Below are positions 1 through 9,355 of a stretch of 64,000 bases of DNA, one piece after another (the first letter of the stretch is position 1; the number at the start of each line of letters is the position of its first letter). Made by a program: the position numbers and the translations under genes. The DNA comes from a virus, in the IMG/VR virus record IMGVR_UViG_3300047094_002472, one strand, 5' to 3'. The notes under the pieces are model-generated. The model was given only the letters and a program-made list of their open reading frames with translations. It made no database searches and had not been told where the DNA came from.

Positions 1-3000
1 TGCCTATGGCATGTCCTAGTTCATGAACAAGAATTACTATTTTTTGAGCATTATTATAATTATTCCAGAATGCCGTATTTATCCATATATCAAACTCCAC
101 AGAGGTTCTTTTTATTGGATTATTTCCGATAGGACCTGTTTCGCTAACAACAGCACAAGAAGCTATCCAGTTGTCTGTGGGATTATTGACCGCTTGAAAG
201 TCTACTAATTCTATACCATTCCAGTCTGGTCTAAAATTTCTAATATAGTTTGTATTTGCACCAGAAACACGCAAGTTCTGCATCCATCTGTTTGCGGCTT
301 GAGTTAGTTGGTTTCTGATAGTTGTATTAGCAATGAGACTAAAAGAGCCGGTATTGAATGCCGGGGCAGGTGGGGGTGCGGGGGTTGTTGTTGTTGGACG
401 GGATAAGAATAGTTGTCCAGGCATTGCTACCGCTGAATATGGGCTATATCCATTTCCGATGCGGTTAACGCTGATTCTAAAACTGAAACTACCAAATCCT
501 ATATATTCTGTTAGTCCTACTAAAAAGATGGTTCCTTGAGATCCTGGAGTGACACAAAGAGTGTACCCGCCAGAACAATTCGATGTTGTACTGAAATCAG
601 TCTCTCTATAAAGGATAATTCCACCTAAATTATTCAGGCTTGTCCATGCAAGAGCAACAGCTCCGGGTTTTGGTTGTTCTCCGACAGCTGGAGTATAGTA
701 GTATTGTATGTCAACGTCTGGAGGTCCGCTGTACGCATATGACTGATTTACAGGATAATTAAATGTCAATTTGGCTTGTGTTGGATAGGCTGCTCCGCTG
801 GGGATAAGATTTGATGTTGACCAAACTAGATTTTGAGGAGTGGGACTTGGGGTGGTTGTTGGGGGAATTGTAGTTGGTGCTATCGTTGTTGTAGTTGTTG
901 GACGAACAGTGGTGGTCGGGGCTACTGTGGTTGTTGGCGTTGCTGTGGTTGTGGTTGTTGGCGTTGCTGTGGTTGTGGTTGTTGGCGTTGCTGTGGTTGC
1001 TGGGCCACTAGTTGTGGTTGGACTGCTTGTGGGCTGGCTTGTTGGTCCGCTTGTGGGCTGGCTTGTTGGTCCGCTTGTGGGCTGGCTTGTTGGTCCGCTT
1101 GTGGGCTGGCTTGTTGGTCCGCTTGTGGGCTGGCTTGTTGTTTCTATTAATTTAACGCAGTACCAAGCTGGTGGATCTATAGTTGTGGTTGGGCCAACCG
1201 TGGTGGTAGCTTGGCTGCAATTAGACTGTGAACAAGAAACACCTCTAATGTAATTGGTTTCTATGGTATCTGGGAACGGAGAATAGCACTGCTGCTCTGT
1301 TATATTGTTTATGCAGTCGATAAATGTTCTTTGTCCTGTACCTAGATTAACGCTGAAATAACAACAGGCGCTTCTCGGGTCTAGTGTTGTGGTGGGACCA
1401 CCCGTAGTGGTTGGACCGCTTGTGGTTGGAACGCCCGTTGTGGTTGGACCGCTGGTGGTAGTTGGACCGCTGGTGGTAGTTGGACCGCTTGTGGTTGGAA
1501 CGCCCGTTGTGGTTGGTCCGCTGGTGGTAGTTGGACCGCTTGTGGTTGGAACGCCCGTTGTGGTTGGACCGCTGGTGGTAGTTGGACCGCTGGTGGTAGT
1601 TGGACCGCTTGTGGTTGGAACGCCCGTTGTGGTTGGACCGCTGGTGGTAGTTGGACCGCTTGTGGTTGGTCCGCTGGTGGTAGTTGGACCGCTTGTGGTT
1701 GGAACGCCCGTTGTGGTTGGTCCGCTGGTGGTAGTTGGACCGCTTGTGGTTGGAACGCCCGTTGTGGTTGGACCGCTGGTGGTAGTTGGACCGCTTGTAG
1801 TTGGTACGCACCAATTAATATCTGAGCAAGACTGCTGGGCGTAGAAGGTTTTTCCGTTCTGTGGTCTACATCTAGGAGCGGTCTCATTATTTGTGCAATT
1901 ATTTTCTCCTTCACAACACGCTCCGAAACATGCGCTTGTTGGTAATGCGGACTCGCATTCGGCCTGAGAAACATATTCTCCATTGCTGTTTACATAACTT
2001 GGCAGCTCGTAGCAGTGTGGTAATACCTCTATTGCATCTCCACAGGTTATTGACCATCTTTTTGGTATACTTGTGGTGGTCGGGCCGCCCGTGGTAGTTG
2101 GACCAGTCGTTGTGGTTGGACAATCTGCGCATTCTAGTTTAAAACAACCATTAATACTTACTAAATTATATCCGCAATTATTAATGCATGGTGGAACACT
2201 AATTGGCGGACAGGGGGTACTTGTGGTAGTTGGGCCACTGGTAGTTGGAACGCTCGTGGTGGTTGGACCGCCAGTTGTGGTTGGGCCACTGGTAGTTGGA
2301 ACGCTCGTGGTGGTTGGACCGCCAGTTGTGGTCGGGCCACTGGTAGTTGGAACGCTCGTGGTGGTTGGACCGCTGGTTGTGGTTGGGCCACTGGTAGTTG
2401 GAACGCTCGTGGTGGTTGGACCGCCAGTTGTGGTTGGGCCACTGGTAGTTGGAACGCTCGTGGTGGTTGGACCGCCAGTTGTGGTCGGGCCACTGGTAGT
2501 TGGAACGCTCGTGGTGGTTGGACCGCTGGTTGTGGTCGGGCCACTGGTAGTTGGAACGCTCGTGGTGGTTGGACCGCCAGTTGTGGTTGGGCCACTGGTA
2601 GTTGGAACGCTCGTGGTGGTTGGACCGCCAGTTGTGGTTGGGCCACTGGTAGTTGGAACGCTCGTGGTGGTTGGACCGCCAGTTGTGGTTGGGCCACTGG
2701 TAGTTGGAACGCCCGTTGTGGTTGGTCCGCTGGTTGTAGTAGGACCGCCAGTTGTTGTGGGACATTCACAAATTTCATGTTGAGTTGGATCAAAATCGCA
2801 AAGACTAATTGCTAGACAGGCTGATTCAGAACTAAGAGTGTTAACAGATTCTGAAACTATAGATAAGTTATTCTCTGTTAAGATAGAAATTATGTCTCTA
2901 ACACAAACTATTTGTCCTTCGCATGGAGAAGGAGTCGTGGTCAGACTTACACAGCCTACTTGTTCACAGGTCTCGCCTGGAGTGAATTGTGTAATTATTG

Positions 3001-3961
3001 AGGATGGTCTTGGAACCAACATGCAGTTTTCGTATGTGGTTATGTTGCATCCTAAAAATGTTCCGTCTGATAGGCGGAAACAACAAGCTCCGGTTTGCGG
3101 TTGTTGTGTAGTAGTGGCACTACCACACGGAGAGCCGTCTAGATTTAAACATACTAATTCTGGACAACCACTTTCCCCTATAGTTGTTGTACGATAACAT
3201 GGAGCTTCGCAATCGCCTGTTATAAACAGGTCTGCGCATTTTGGAATAATTAAAACAGTACCACTAGTTGTAATAGAGTCGTTTGTTGTAATAGTAAAAG
3301 TAGAAGAATTTGATATTGTCGATACATTATAGGTTCCAGATATTGATAATCCAGTAATAGTCTCGAACTGTACTATAGACCCGGCAGAAAGTCCGTGATT
3401 TGGGAGAGTGACCTCTATCGTATTTCCTTGCTGACTATACATTGCTTCGTTTGCGTTGTATGGTTTATACAAAACGTATGGAAGCTCTTCTGTTTTACTT
3501 AAAATAATATAGGAGGTATTATCTGTAAAACTAGATAATGAATTAAAAATATTGGAAGGAGAATAGGAGAGATAGCCTGTGCCGTTGGCATTTGTTGTAT
3601 ATGCTGTTATTAGCTTATCTTTAAATGCAGACTGAGATAGATTTACTGAATCTCCAAAATATTTTACGGTCCTTAGTGGCTCTCTGACTATATAAAAAAT
3701 AGGAGCATCATAGTCTGGAGGGGTAGAAGGTATGTTCAGACTATATGGTAGTTGATTTGAATTACTTTCTATGAGATAAACACGATCTCTACTAAGAAAA
3801 GAGAGAGAATTGAAGTTACTACTAGAAGAATAGGATACGTAGCCAGACCCCACACTATTAGTGGAATAGATATTCTTGATTCCCTGGCCTTGTAGATCGA
3901 AGATATTTGTTTGATCTCTTAACCACTGTAGAAATATAAGGGGTTTATTTACTAACATCAT
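1..3961 (-). CDS. Large mucin-like surface/virion protein (>1320 aa, runs off the left edge): duplicated N-terminal domain, Cys-rich modules, Thr/Pro/Ser/Gly repeats, C-terminal HExxH zinc metallopeptidase
   Basis: Absent from the ORF track (no stop found in the window). Manual translation from ATG 3961 (MMLVNKPLIFLQW...) stays in one frame through the TTSGP repeats and reaches ...KIVILVHELGHAIG at the edge. The plus-strand VVVGP ORFs are its antisense shadow. Confidence 0.85.
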   Translation of the reverse strand, partial: MMLVNKPLIFLQWLRDQTNIFDLQGQGIKNIYSTNSVGSGYVSYSSSSNFNSLSFLSRDRVYLIESNSNQLPYSLNIPSTPPDYDAPIFYIVREPLRTVKYFGDSVNLSQSAFKDKLITAYTTNANGTGYLSYSPSNIFNSLSSFTDNTSYIILSKTEELPYVLYKPYNANEAMYSQQGNTIEVTLPNHGLSAGSIVQFETITGLSISGTYNVSTISNSSTFTITTNDSITTSGTVLIIPKCADLFITGDCEAPCYRTTTIGESGCPELVCLNLDGSPCGSATTTQQPQTGACCFRLSDGTFLGCNITTYENCMLVPRPSSIITQFTPGETCEQVGCVSLTTTPSPCEGQIVCVRDIISILTENNLSIVSESVNTLSSESACLAISLCDFDPTQHEICECPTTTGGPTTTSGPTTTGVPTTSGPTTTGGPTTTSVPTTSGPTTTGGPTTTSVPTTSGPTTTGGPTTTSVPTTSGPTTTSGPTTTSVPTTSGPTTTGGPTTTSVPTTSGPTTTGGPTTTSVPTTSGPTTTSGPTTTSVPTTSGPTTTGGPTTTSVPTTSGPTTTGGPTTTSVPTTSGPTTTSTPCPPISVPPCINNCGYNLVSINGCFKLECADCPTTTTGPTTTGGPTTTSIPKRWSITCGDAIEVLPHCYELPSYVNSNGEYVSQAECESALPTSACFGACCEGENNCTNNETAPRCRPQNGKTFYAQQSCSDINWCVPTTSGPTTTSGPTTTGVPTTSGPTTTSGPTTTGVPTTSGPTTTSGPTTSGPTTTSGPTTTGVPTTSGPTTTSGPTTTSGPTTTGVPTTSGPTTTSGPTTTGVPTTSGPTTTSGPTTTSGPTTTGVPTTSGPTTTGGPTTTLDPRSACCYFSVNLGTGQRTFIDCINNITEQQCYSPFPDTIETNYIRGVSCSQSNCSQATTTVGPTTTIDPPAWYCVKLIETTSQPTSGPTSQPTSGPTSQPTSGPTSQPTSGPTSQPTSSPTTTSGPATTATPTTTTTATPTTTTTATPTTTVAPTTTVRPTTTTTIAPTTIPPTTTPSPTPQNLVWSTSNLIPSGAAYPTQAKLTFNYPVNQSYAYSGPPDVDIQYYYTPAVGEQPKPGAVALAWTSLNNLGGIILYRETDFSTTSNCSGGYTLCVTPGSQGTIFLVGLTEYIGFGSFSFRISVNRIGNGYSPYSAVAMPGQLFLSRPTTTTPAPPPAPAFNTGSFSLIANTTIRNQLTQAANRWMQNLRVSGANTNYIRNFRPDWNGIELVDFQAVNNPTDNWIASCAVVSETGPIGNNPIKRTSVEFDIWINTAFWNNYNNAQKIVILVHELGHAIG
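1020..1140 (-). repeat. 24-bp coding tandem repeat (PTSQPTSG), about 5 copies
   Basis: Unit ccgcttgtgggctggcttgttggt repeated. Confidence 0.9.
1390..1810 (-). repeat. Coding tandem repeats of 15/18-bp units (TTSGP/TTTSGP/TTTGVP)
   Basis: Visible directly in sequence. Confidence 0.9.
2220..2760 (-). repeat. 51-bp coding tandem repeat (17 aa, Thr-rich), about 10 copies
   Basis: Unit ccactggtagttggaacgctcgtggtggttggaccgccagttgtggttggg. Confidence 0.9.
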
Positions 3962-4030
3962 ATCCTTGTTTTTTTTAGGAATGCTCTATAAGCTTTACTT
4001 ACACCCCCAACTTGAGTAATGCTGTTTTTT

Positions 4031-4267
4031 TTACCATTTACCAACTGGGCATTTCTGATCGCCCCAAGCCAGTTTGTTCAGAAACACCTTTTTATTATTC
4101 ACATTACAGCCACATTGTAAACATTGGCTATTTTTTCTATCAAAAAACTCACACGAAGAACATATTGTAAATCTGCGACCTATTTCGCCTTGAGAGCTTT
4201 TTGGCGAGCCAGAGTAGATATGCCAAAATAAAGATTTAAGAAATGTGGCTATTCTGAGAAAGGTCAT
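4031..4267 (-). CDS. Small Cys-rich Zn-binding protein (DUF6171-like)
   Basis: R-x3-CxxC...CxxCGC...K...CPxGKW pattern. Confidence 0.7.
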   Translation of the reverse strand: MTFLRIATFLKSLFWHIYSGSPKSSQGEIGRRFTICSSCEFFDRKNSQCLQCGCNVNNKKVFLNKLAWGDQKCPVGKW

Positions 4268-4496
4268 TTTTAGGAAAATCCTTTAGTGGTAAAATATTCC
4301 CATCTATATCTCTATAATATAGATCAAGATACTCCACTATAGTATTCCCATCAAACCACTGCACAAATCCATTAGATATATTAACACACATCTTTTGAAC
4401 ATTCTTATTCTTATGTCTAAAATCTGCACTTAATGCAAACTTATTATCATTAAGGGCAAAGATATCCCCGTTATTTAACTCCTCTAAATATTTCAT
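4236..4496 (-). CDS. Hypothetical protein
   Basis: ORF translationally coupled to its neighbours. Confidence 0.6.
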   Translation of the reverse strand: MKYLEELNNGDIFALNDNKFALSADFRHKNKNVQKMCVNISNGFVQWFDGNTIVEYLDLYYRDIDGNILPLKDFPKNDLSQNSHIS

Positions 4497-4675
4497 TCTT
4501 CATCTGTCTCCCAATCTTCCCACGCTTCGTCTGCTCTTGTATCTTCCATTTTCTTTTTAAGCTGTTTCTTAGATTTGTTGAGAAACCTTTGTTCTTCGGA
4601 AACTTCTTGCTTGGAACGAAAATTACTTTGTAGATTTTTTCTACGACTATCTTTTCTGTTTTCTGGATCTTTCAT
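4493..4675 (-). CDS. Hypothetical charged protein
   Basis: ORF with ATGA overlap to the next gene. Confidence 0.55.
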   Translation of the reverse strand: MKDPENRKDSRRKNLQSNFRSKQEVSEEQRFLNKSKKQLKKKMEDTRADEAWEDWETDEE

Positions 4676-4850
4676 TTTTTTTATAGGTGAGAGTGCGAAG
4701 CTATTGTGTATCTTATACTATGGCCGGTTTTGTTTTTGTCAAGGCTAAAATAAAAATTTCTTCGCTTGACTAATCGAATACCGGGGATAATATTGTGCAG
4801 GTCCGGGGTTATTCTACTACTCTCTAGACAATATCCATTAGGAAATATCA

Positions 4851-6407
4851 ATGATCCACCCCAAAGTATCGTGTCTTTGCCCAACAAGAGGTAGATTTGA
4901 CACCTTAAGGGAATCTTTGGCGTTTTTTCTTTTACAGGACTATTCCAATAAGGAAATGATTGTATTTAATAATCATCCAGAGCCAATGGCAATTCATCCA
5001 AAGCTAATAAAGCATAATATTAAAGTTATTAATGCTGGGGACTATAGTGGAAAGTCTATGCAGAAAATATATAGCGACGCTCTACAGTATGTTTCTCATG
5101 ACTCAGAATACATTGCGATATGGGACGATGACGATATGTATTTCCCATGGCATTTATCTGACAACATGAATAAATTAATATCCTCTAAAGAAAAATTAGC
5201 TATAAGACCTGCTGCTGGATATTGGCAAGACATAAATAATGCTACGGGAATAGAGTATAGCTTCATGCAAAACAATCTTGAAGCTGGAATGATAGCCAGA
5301 AAAGACATTGTCTTTTTTAACTCCGGGATCAATGACACCAAATCAGAGCACTACACGCACCCGCATCTGCTATGGACAGGTACAGCCAACTCAAATAATC
5401 ATTTTATACTAAACGACAAAATAACCGCCGTGTATAGATGGGGATATGGAAAATCCTATGCTCACCTACAGTCTGCTGGCCCGCATAGGAATAATTCTGA
5501 TACAGGTATTAATAAAGCTTTAACGCCAAAGGGCGTAAGTTCTCTTTTTTTTGATTTTTTACATAAGTGTAGCTATGATTTTTCATCTAATAAAGTGTTA
5601 AACTTTGATAGTGACAGAAAAGCCGAGTTTCTGCTAAAACTATTATCTAATAATATTTATATGTATGATCATGTCGATAAATACAAAGCTTGGCTATATT
5701 GGGATAGTAAAAATATCCCACAGTTTATAAAAGAATGTAACAGAAGCATACAAGAAAACACATTTGCCAAAGTAGAAATTACAGATGATGATTATATCAA
5801 TAATGTTTTAAAAATTAAAATACCCGATAAGATCCTATCTTGTGGACCACAGCAAAAGGCCGACTATATCAGAATATACTTATTAAATTATTTTGGTGGC
5901 TGGTGGTTTGATGCTGACACATATGTTGTTGGAGACTTAGACAAATATTATTTTAACTTTTTGACACATAATGAGACTGTTTTTCCTTGGGAATATAATA
6001 TTGTTGGTAATATCACGACCCCTATTTTAAGTTCTAAACCCCACGGCTTAATAATTAGGGAAGCATATAATAATATACATGAATTTTTAAAAACAGACCA
6101 ACAAATAGGGTGGTCTGGACTAGGAATCAATGGCATCATAAAGTCTGCCCAAAAATGGAAAGACAGAATAGGATGGAATTTATTTGGTCTAAAAGATATA
6201 GCAACCTATGGATATAATAATAACTTAATAGACAAATGGGATTTTTCTAATATGGAAGCGTCAAAACTACAAATGATAATATTTCACTGGAGTCAAATAG
6301 GTGCCGAACTGAATGGAAAAATAAAAGAAAATCCCACAACAAAAGATATCATTGACACCTATCCTAATTTAGAAAAATTATTTAATCTGTCAAAACAAAG
6401 GTACTAA
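4851..6407 (+). CDS. Bifunctional glycosyltransferase: GT2-like N-domain plus DxD (GT32/capsular synthesis-like) C-domain
   Basis: VSCLCPTRGR...LLQDY...WDDDD (GT2); KADYIRIYLLNYFGGWWFDAD (GT32-like). Confidence 0.85.
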   Translation: MIHPKVSCLCPTRGRFDTLRESLAFFLLQDYSNKEMIVFNNHPEPMAIHPKLIKHNIKVINAGDYSGKSMQKIYSDALQYVSHDSEYIAIWDDDDMYFPWHLSDNMNKLISSKEKLAIRPAAGYWQDINNATGIEYSFMQNNLEAGMIARKDIVFFNSGINDTKSEHYTHPHLLWTGTANSNNHFILNDKITAVYRWGYGKSYAHLQSAGPHRNNSDTGINKALTPKGVSSLFFDFLHKCSYDFSSNKVLNFDSDRKAEFLLKLLSNNIYMYDHVDKYKAWLYWDSKNIPQFIKECNRSIQENTFAKVEITDDDYINNVLKIKIPDKILSCGPQQKADYIRIYLLNYFGGWWFDADTYVVGDLDKYYFNFLTHNETVFPWEYNIVGNITTPILSSKPHGLIIREAYNNIHEFLKTDQQIGWSGLGINGIIKSAQKWKDRIGWNLFGLKDIATYGYNNNLIDKWDFSNMEASKLQMIIFHWSQIGAELNGKIKENPTTKDIIDTYPNLEKLFNLSKQRY

Positions 6408-6414
6408 AGACATA

Positions 6415-6912
6415 ATGCCTGGATCATATAGTGATTTCAAAGAAGAGATCAAGAGACATCTCTGTTCAACTCTCGACCCAGATTCAAATATCTTAGATGT
6501 TGGCGCCGGACTAGGAACGTATGGTCTTCTACTAAGAGACTATTTTAATAAAATAGACGCTATTGAAATTTTTGAACCATATATAAACCACTATAACTTA
6601 AAAAATATCTATTCTAATGTTTTTTTAGCCGATATAAAAATATTTAATATTTATAAACATGATTATATAATTATGGGTGATGTATTTGAACATCTTTCTC
6701 AATATGATTCTATAAAAATTCTTGACAAAATTAATGGCTTAAATAAAAAATGTCTTATAGCTGTTCCATATATGTATCCTCAAGGAGAGTGTTATGGCAA
6801 TATCCACGAAACACACCTACAGCCCGATCTGACAGAAGATAAAATGATTAAATTTTATAGCTTAAATAAATTATTTGGAAATAATAGATACGGTTATTTT
6901 ATTAATTATTAA
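6415..6912 (+). CDS. Class I SAM-dependent methyltransferase
   Basis: ILDVGAGLG motif I; DYIIMGDVFEHL. Confidence 0.85.
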   Translation: MPGSYSDFKEEIKRHLCSTLDPDSNILDVGAGLGTYGLLLRDYFNKIDAIEIFEPYINHYNLKNIYSNVFLADIKIFNIYKHDYIIMGDVFEHLSQYDSIKILDKINGLNKKCLIAVPYMYPQGECYGNIHETHLQPDLTEDKMIKFYSLNKLFGNNRYGYFINY

Positions 6913-6916
6913 TTTT

Positions 6917-7864
6917 TTATAGTACAGGATATAATATTCCATAGCCCTCATATTCTTTTTTACCAGAATACTTTGGATTGTCTAAAGACCTAGACTTTTT
7001 CTTAAATACATTTATATAGTCATCTGCTGTTTTTAGCATCCCGTCCATAGCAGAGTACTTTATTTTGCGACTATATGAAAGCAGCAGACTAGCACATCCC
7101 ACAGCAAATGGATTACTCATGCTTGTGCCACTCATCATAGCATATTTATTACCCGGAACAGAGCTAACTATCTCATGTCCAGGAGCTAAAAAGTCTAGCT
7201 CTTCTCCGCTACATGTAAAGCTGGTTCTTTCCAGATTCTTGTCTATCGCACCAATACTAACAACATTAGAATATTTACCAGGATACATTATAGAGGATCT
7301 TTCGCCAGCGTTACCAGCAGCAGAAAAGACTACAACATTTTTAGAACACGCATAATCTATTGCTTGCTTAATCGCCTGACTTGACGAAGGAGAACCAAGA
7401 GACATCGTGATTAGATCCGCACCATTATCTGCTGCCCAAGATACCGCCTCGGCTATGGCCCTAGTATCACCCAGACCATCATCATTCAATGCCTTGAGAG
7501 GCATTATTTTAGTTTTAGGGGCAACACCCACCATACCTAAACCATTGTCTGTGGCGGCGATTGTACCGCTAACATGAGAACCGTGACCATTACCATCAAT
7601 GGGATCTTTATCTTCTAAAAAATTCTTACCTTGAATTAAGTTGTCTTTAAGATCGTCGTGATATAAATCGCAACCAGTATCTATTACTGCAACAACAACG
7701 CCTTCACCTTTAGAATATTGCCATTGATCTTTTATATTAAATTTTGTAATTTCCCAACCACAATACTGACCACTAGAGGTTGATAAGCCATAAACGTTCT
7801 CTCTATCATATGGAAGAAGACCACAATCTTTTTTATTACGTCTATTTTTCATCATTTTCTCCAT
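6917..7864 (-). CDS. Subtilisin-like S8 serine protease
   Basis: Catalytic motifs VIDTG, HGSHVSG, AAGN, GTSMS. Confidence 0.92.
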   Translation of the reverse strand: MEKMMKNRRNKKDCGLLPYDRENVYGLSTSSGQYCGWEITKFNIKDQWQYSKGEGVVVAVIDTGCDLYHDDLKDNLIQGKNFLEDKDPIDGNGHGSHVSGTIAATDNGLGMVGVAPKTKIMPLKALNDDGLGDTRAIAEAVSWAADNGADLITMSLGSPSSSQAIKQAIDYACSKNVVVFSAAGNAGERSSIMYPGKYSNVVSIGAIDKNLERTSFTCSGEELDFLAPGHEIVSSVPGNKYAMMSGTSMSNPFAVGCASLLLSYSRKIKYSAMDGMLKTADDYINVFKKKSRSLDNPKYSGKKEYEGYGILYPVL

Positions 7865-8591
7865 TTATTGTTTTGTTTATCCAATCAATATACAAGCTGA
7901 CTCTAGTATGTCCACTCTCGTCCCCATATGTTGAGTCTGGCTTTCCATCCATAGCCATAACACAAGAATTAATACCAGCTAATTTATTTCCAATAAATAA
8001 TCCACCGCCACTATCCCCACTACCTATAATAAACTCTAGTTCTGTTCTATTATGACGAGAAGGAGTGCAGACTAATAGTTTTCTATCTATAGATTCTATT
8101 ATGTTAGAACCAGCCCGTCTTTTATCGTCACTGTATTTTACGCCTGTATTAAAAGTTCCATGTAAACCAAATCCTGATATGGAACACACCTCTCCTACCT
8201 CATCATCATCACTATAAAATTCTGGATAAAAATCCAATCCAAGATCTTCTTCTGTATTGCCTAAAGCAATATCATATTCACCAAAATTATTTTCGTGATA
8301 GTTCTCATGATATGTTACTGTCTCGACACATATTTTTTTGTCCCCAGAAGTAACATAGCAAGTCTCGCAGTTCTGTACAACATGGGCCGCTGTCATTACC
8401 CATCTTGGTTTTATTGCCACAGCAGAGGCACAAAACGGCTTTCCATCCTTATATTTTCCGCAAACCTTTAAAACAAACTTGAATTTTGACCCATATTCCA
8501 CATACTTTTCGTCTGGCGTATTTGGATCTATTGTGCCACCAAATGAGATAGAAGCTACCATAAATATGGCTAAAGCTAAAAGGAGTTTCAT
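7842..8591 (-). CDS. Secreted trypsin-like S1 serine protease
   Basis: Signal peptide; TAAHV, DIAL, GDSGG. Confidence 0.9.
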   Translation of the reverse strand: MKLLLALAIFMVASISFGGTIDPNTPDEKYVEYGSKFKFVLKVCGKYKDGKPFCASAVAIKPRWVMTAAHVVQNCETCYVTSGDKKICVETVTYHENYHENNFGEYDIALGNTEEDLGLDFYPEFYSDDDEVGEVCSISGFGLHGTFNTGVKYSDDKRRAGSNIIESIDRKLLVCTPSRHNRTELEFIIGSGDSGGGLFIGNKLAGINSCVMAMDGKPDSTYGDESGHTRVSLYIDWINKTINGENDEK

Positions 8592-8606
8592 ATACCACCC
8601 CCGTGA

Positions 8607-8918
8607 TCATGGCTTATTTTTCACCTTACTATAGTACACCGCACAGTCATGTTCGACATCTTTATTCCAGCTCTTATAATCCATAAAATGCCCAAATGTT
8701 AAATGACACTGATTATCGCATAATGTTATCAAATTTAATGGGTCTAATTCTAGTTCGGGGTATTTATGTACTGGTTTTATATGATGAACCTCTAACCCTT
8801 TTGTTTTTCCACAAGCGGAACATTTAGGGTATTTTGCTAAGTGTTCTCTTCTTAGATCTTTCCATCTAGGAGATCTACTTGCATATCTGATTTCTTTTGG
8901 TTTTAAAAAATTAAACAT
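8607..8918 (-). CDS. Small HNH endonuclease
   Basis: CSACG...EVHHIKP...NLITLC..CH. Confidence 0.85.
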   Translation of the reverse strand: MFNFLKPKEIRYASRSPRWKDLRREHLAKYPKCSACGKTKGLEVHHIKPVHKYPELELDPLNLITLCDNQCHLTFGHFMDYKSWNKDVEHDCAVYYSKVKNKP

Positions 8919-8990
8919 TTCGCTATACTTTTATCGTGTATAATATAATTGTAATACGCTCACAAAAAGAACGCTTAAGAAGGAGAATCC

Positions 8991-9353
8991 ATGATTTCCG
9001 GCAAGGTATGGGGAACTACTCAGTGTATTTTTAAACATAATAATGTATCTATACACAGAATAGACATAAAAAAGGGAGGAACCTGCTCAAAACACTATCA
9101 TTTACACAAATATAATAGGTTTTTTGTTGAGAATGGAAATCTTAAGATTCTAGTCTGGCAGAAAGACTATGACTTAGTTGATGAAACCATACTATCTCCA
9201 GGTCAATCGACAGAAATCAAACCCGGACTATTTCATCAGTTTGTAGCACTAGAAGACACGATAGCTTATGAGATATATTATTTAGAACTAGAAGATAATG
9301 ACATTATTAGAGATTCTTGTGGTCATTTAATAAGTCCTAATAGAAAGAATTAA
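8991..9353 (+). CDS. Cupin domain protein (sugar isomerase-like)
   Basis: KVWG...CSKHYH...FFVENG...PGLFHQF. Confidence 0.75.
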   Translation: MISGKVWGTTQCIFKHNNVSIHRIDIKKGGTCSKHYHLHKYNRFFVENGNLKILVWQKDYDLVDETILSPGQSTEIKPGLFHQFVALEDTIAYEIYYLELEDNDIIRDSCGHLISPNRKN

Positions 9354-9355
9354 TT

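Noticed and set aside
833-3197. Plus-strand Val/Gly-rich ORFs and off-frame minus-strand Gln/Asn-rich ORFs
   Set aside because: Shadows of the Thr-rich repeats in the real minus-strand gene 1-3961.
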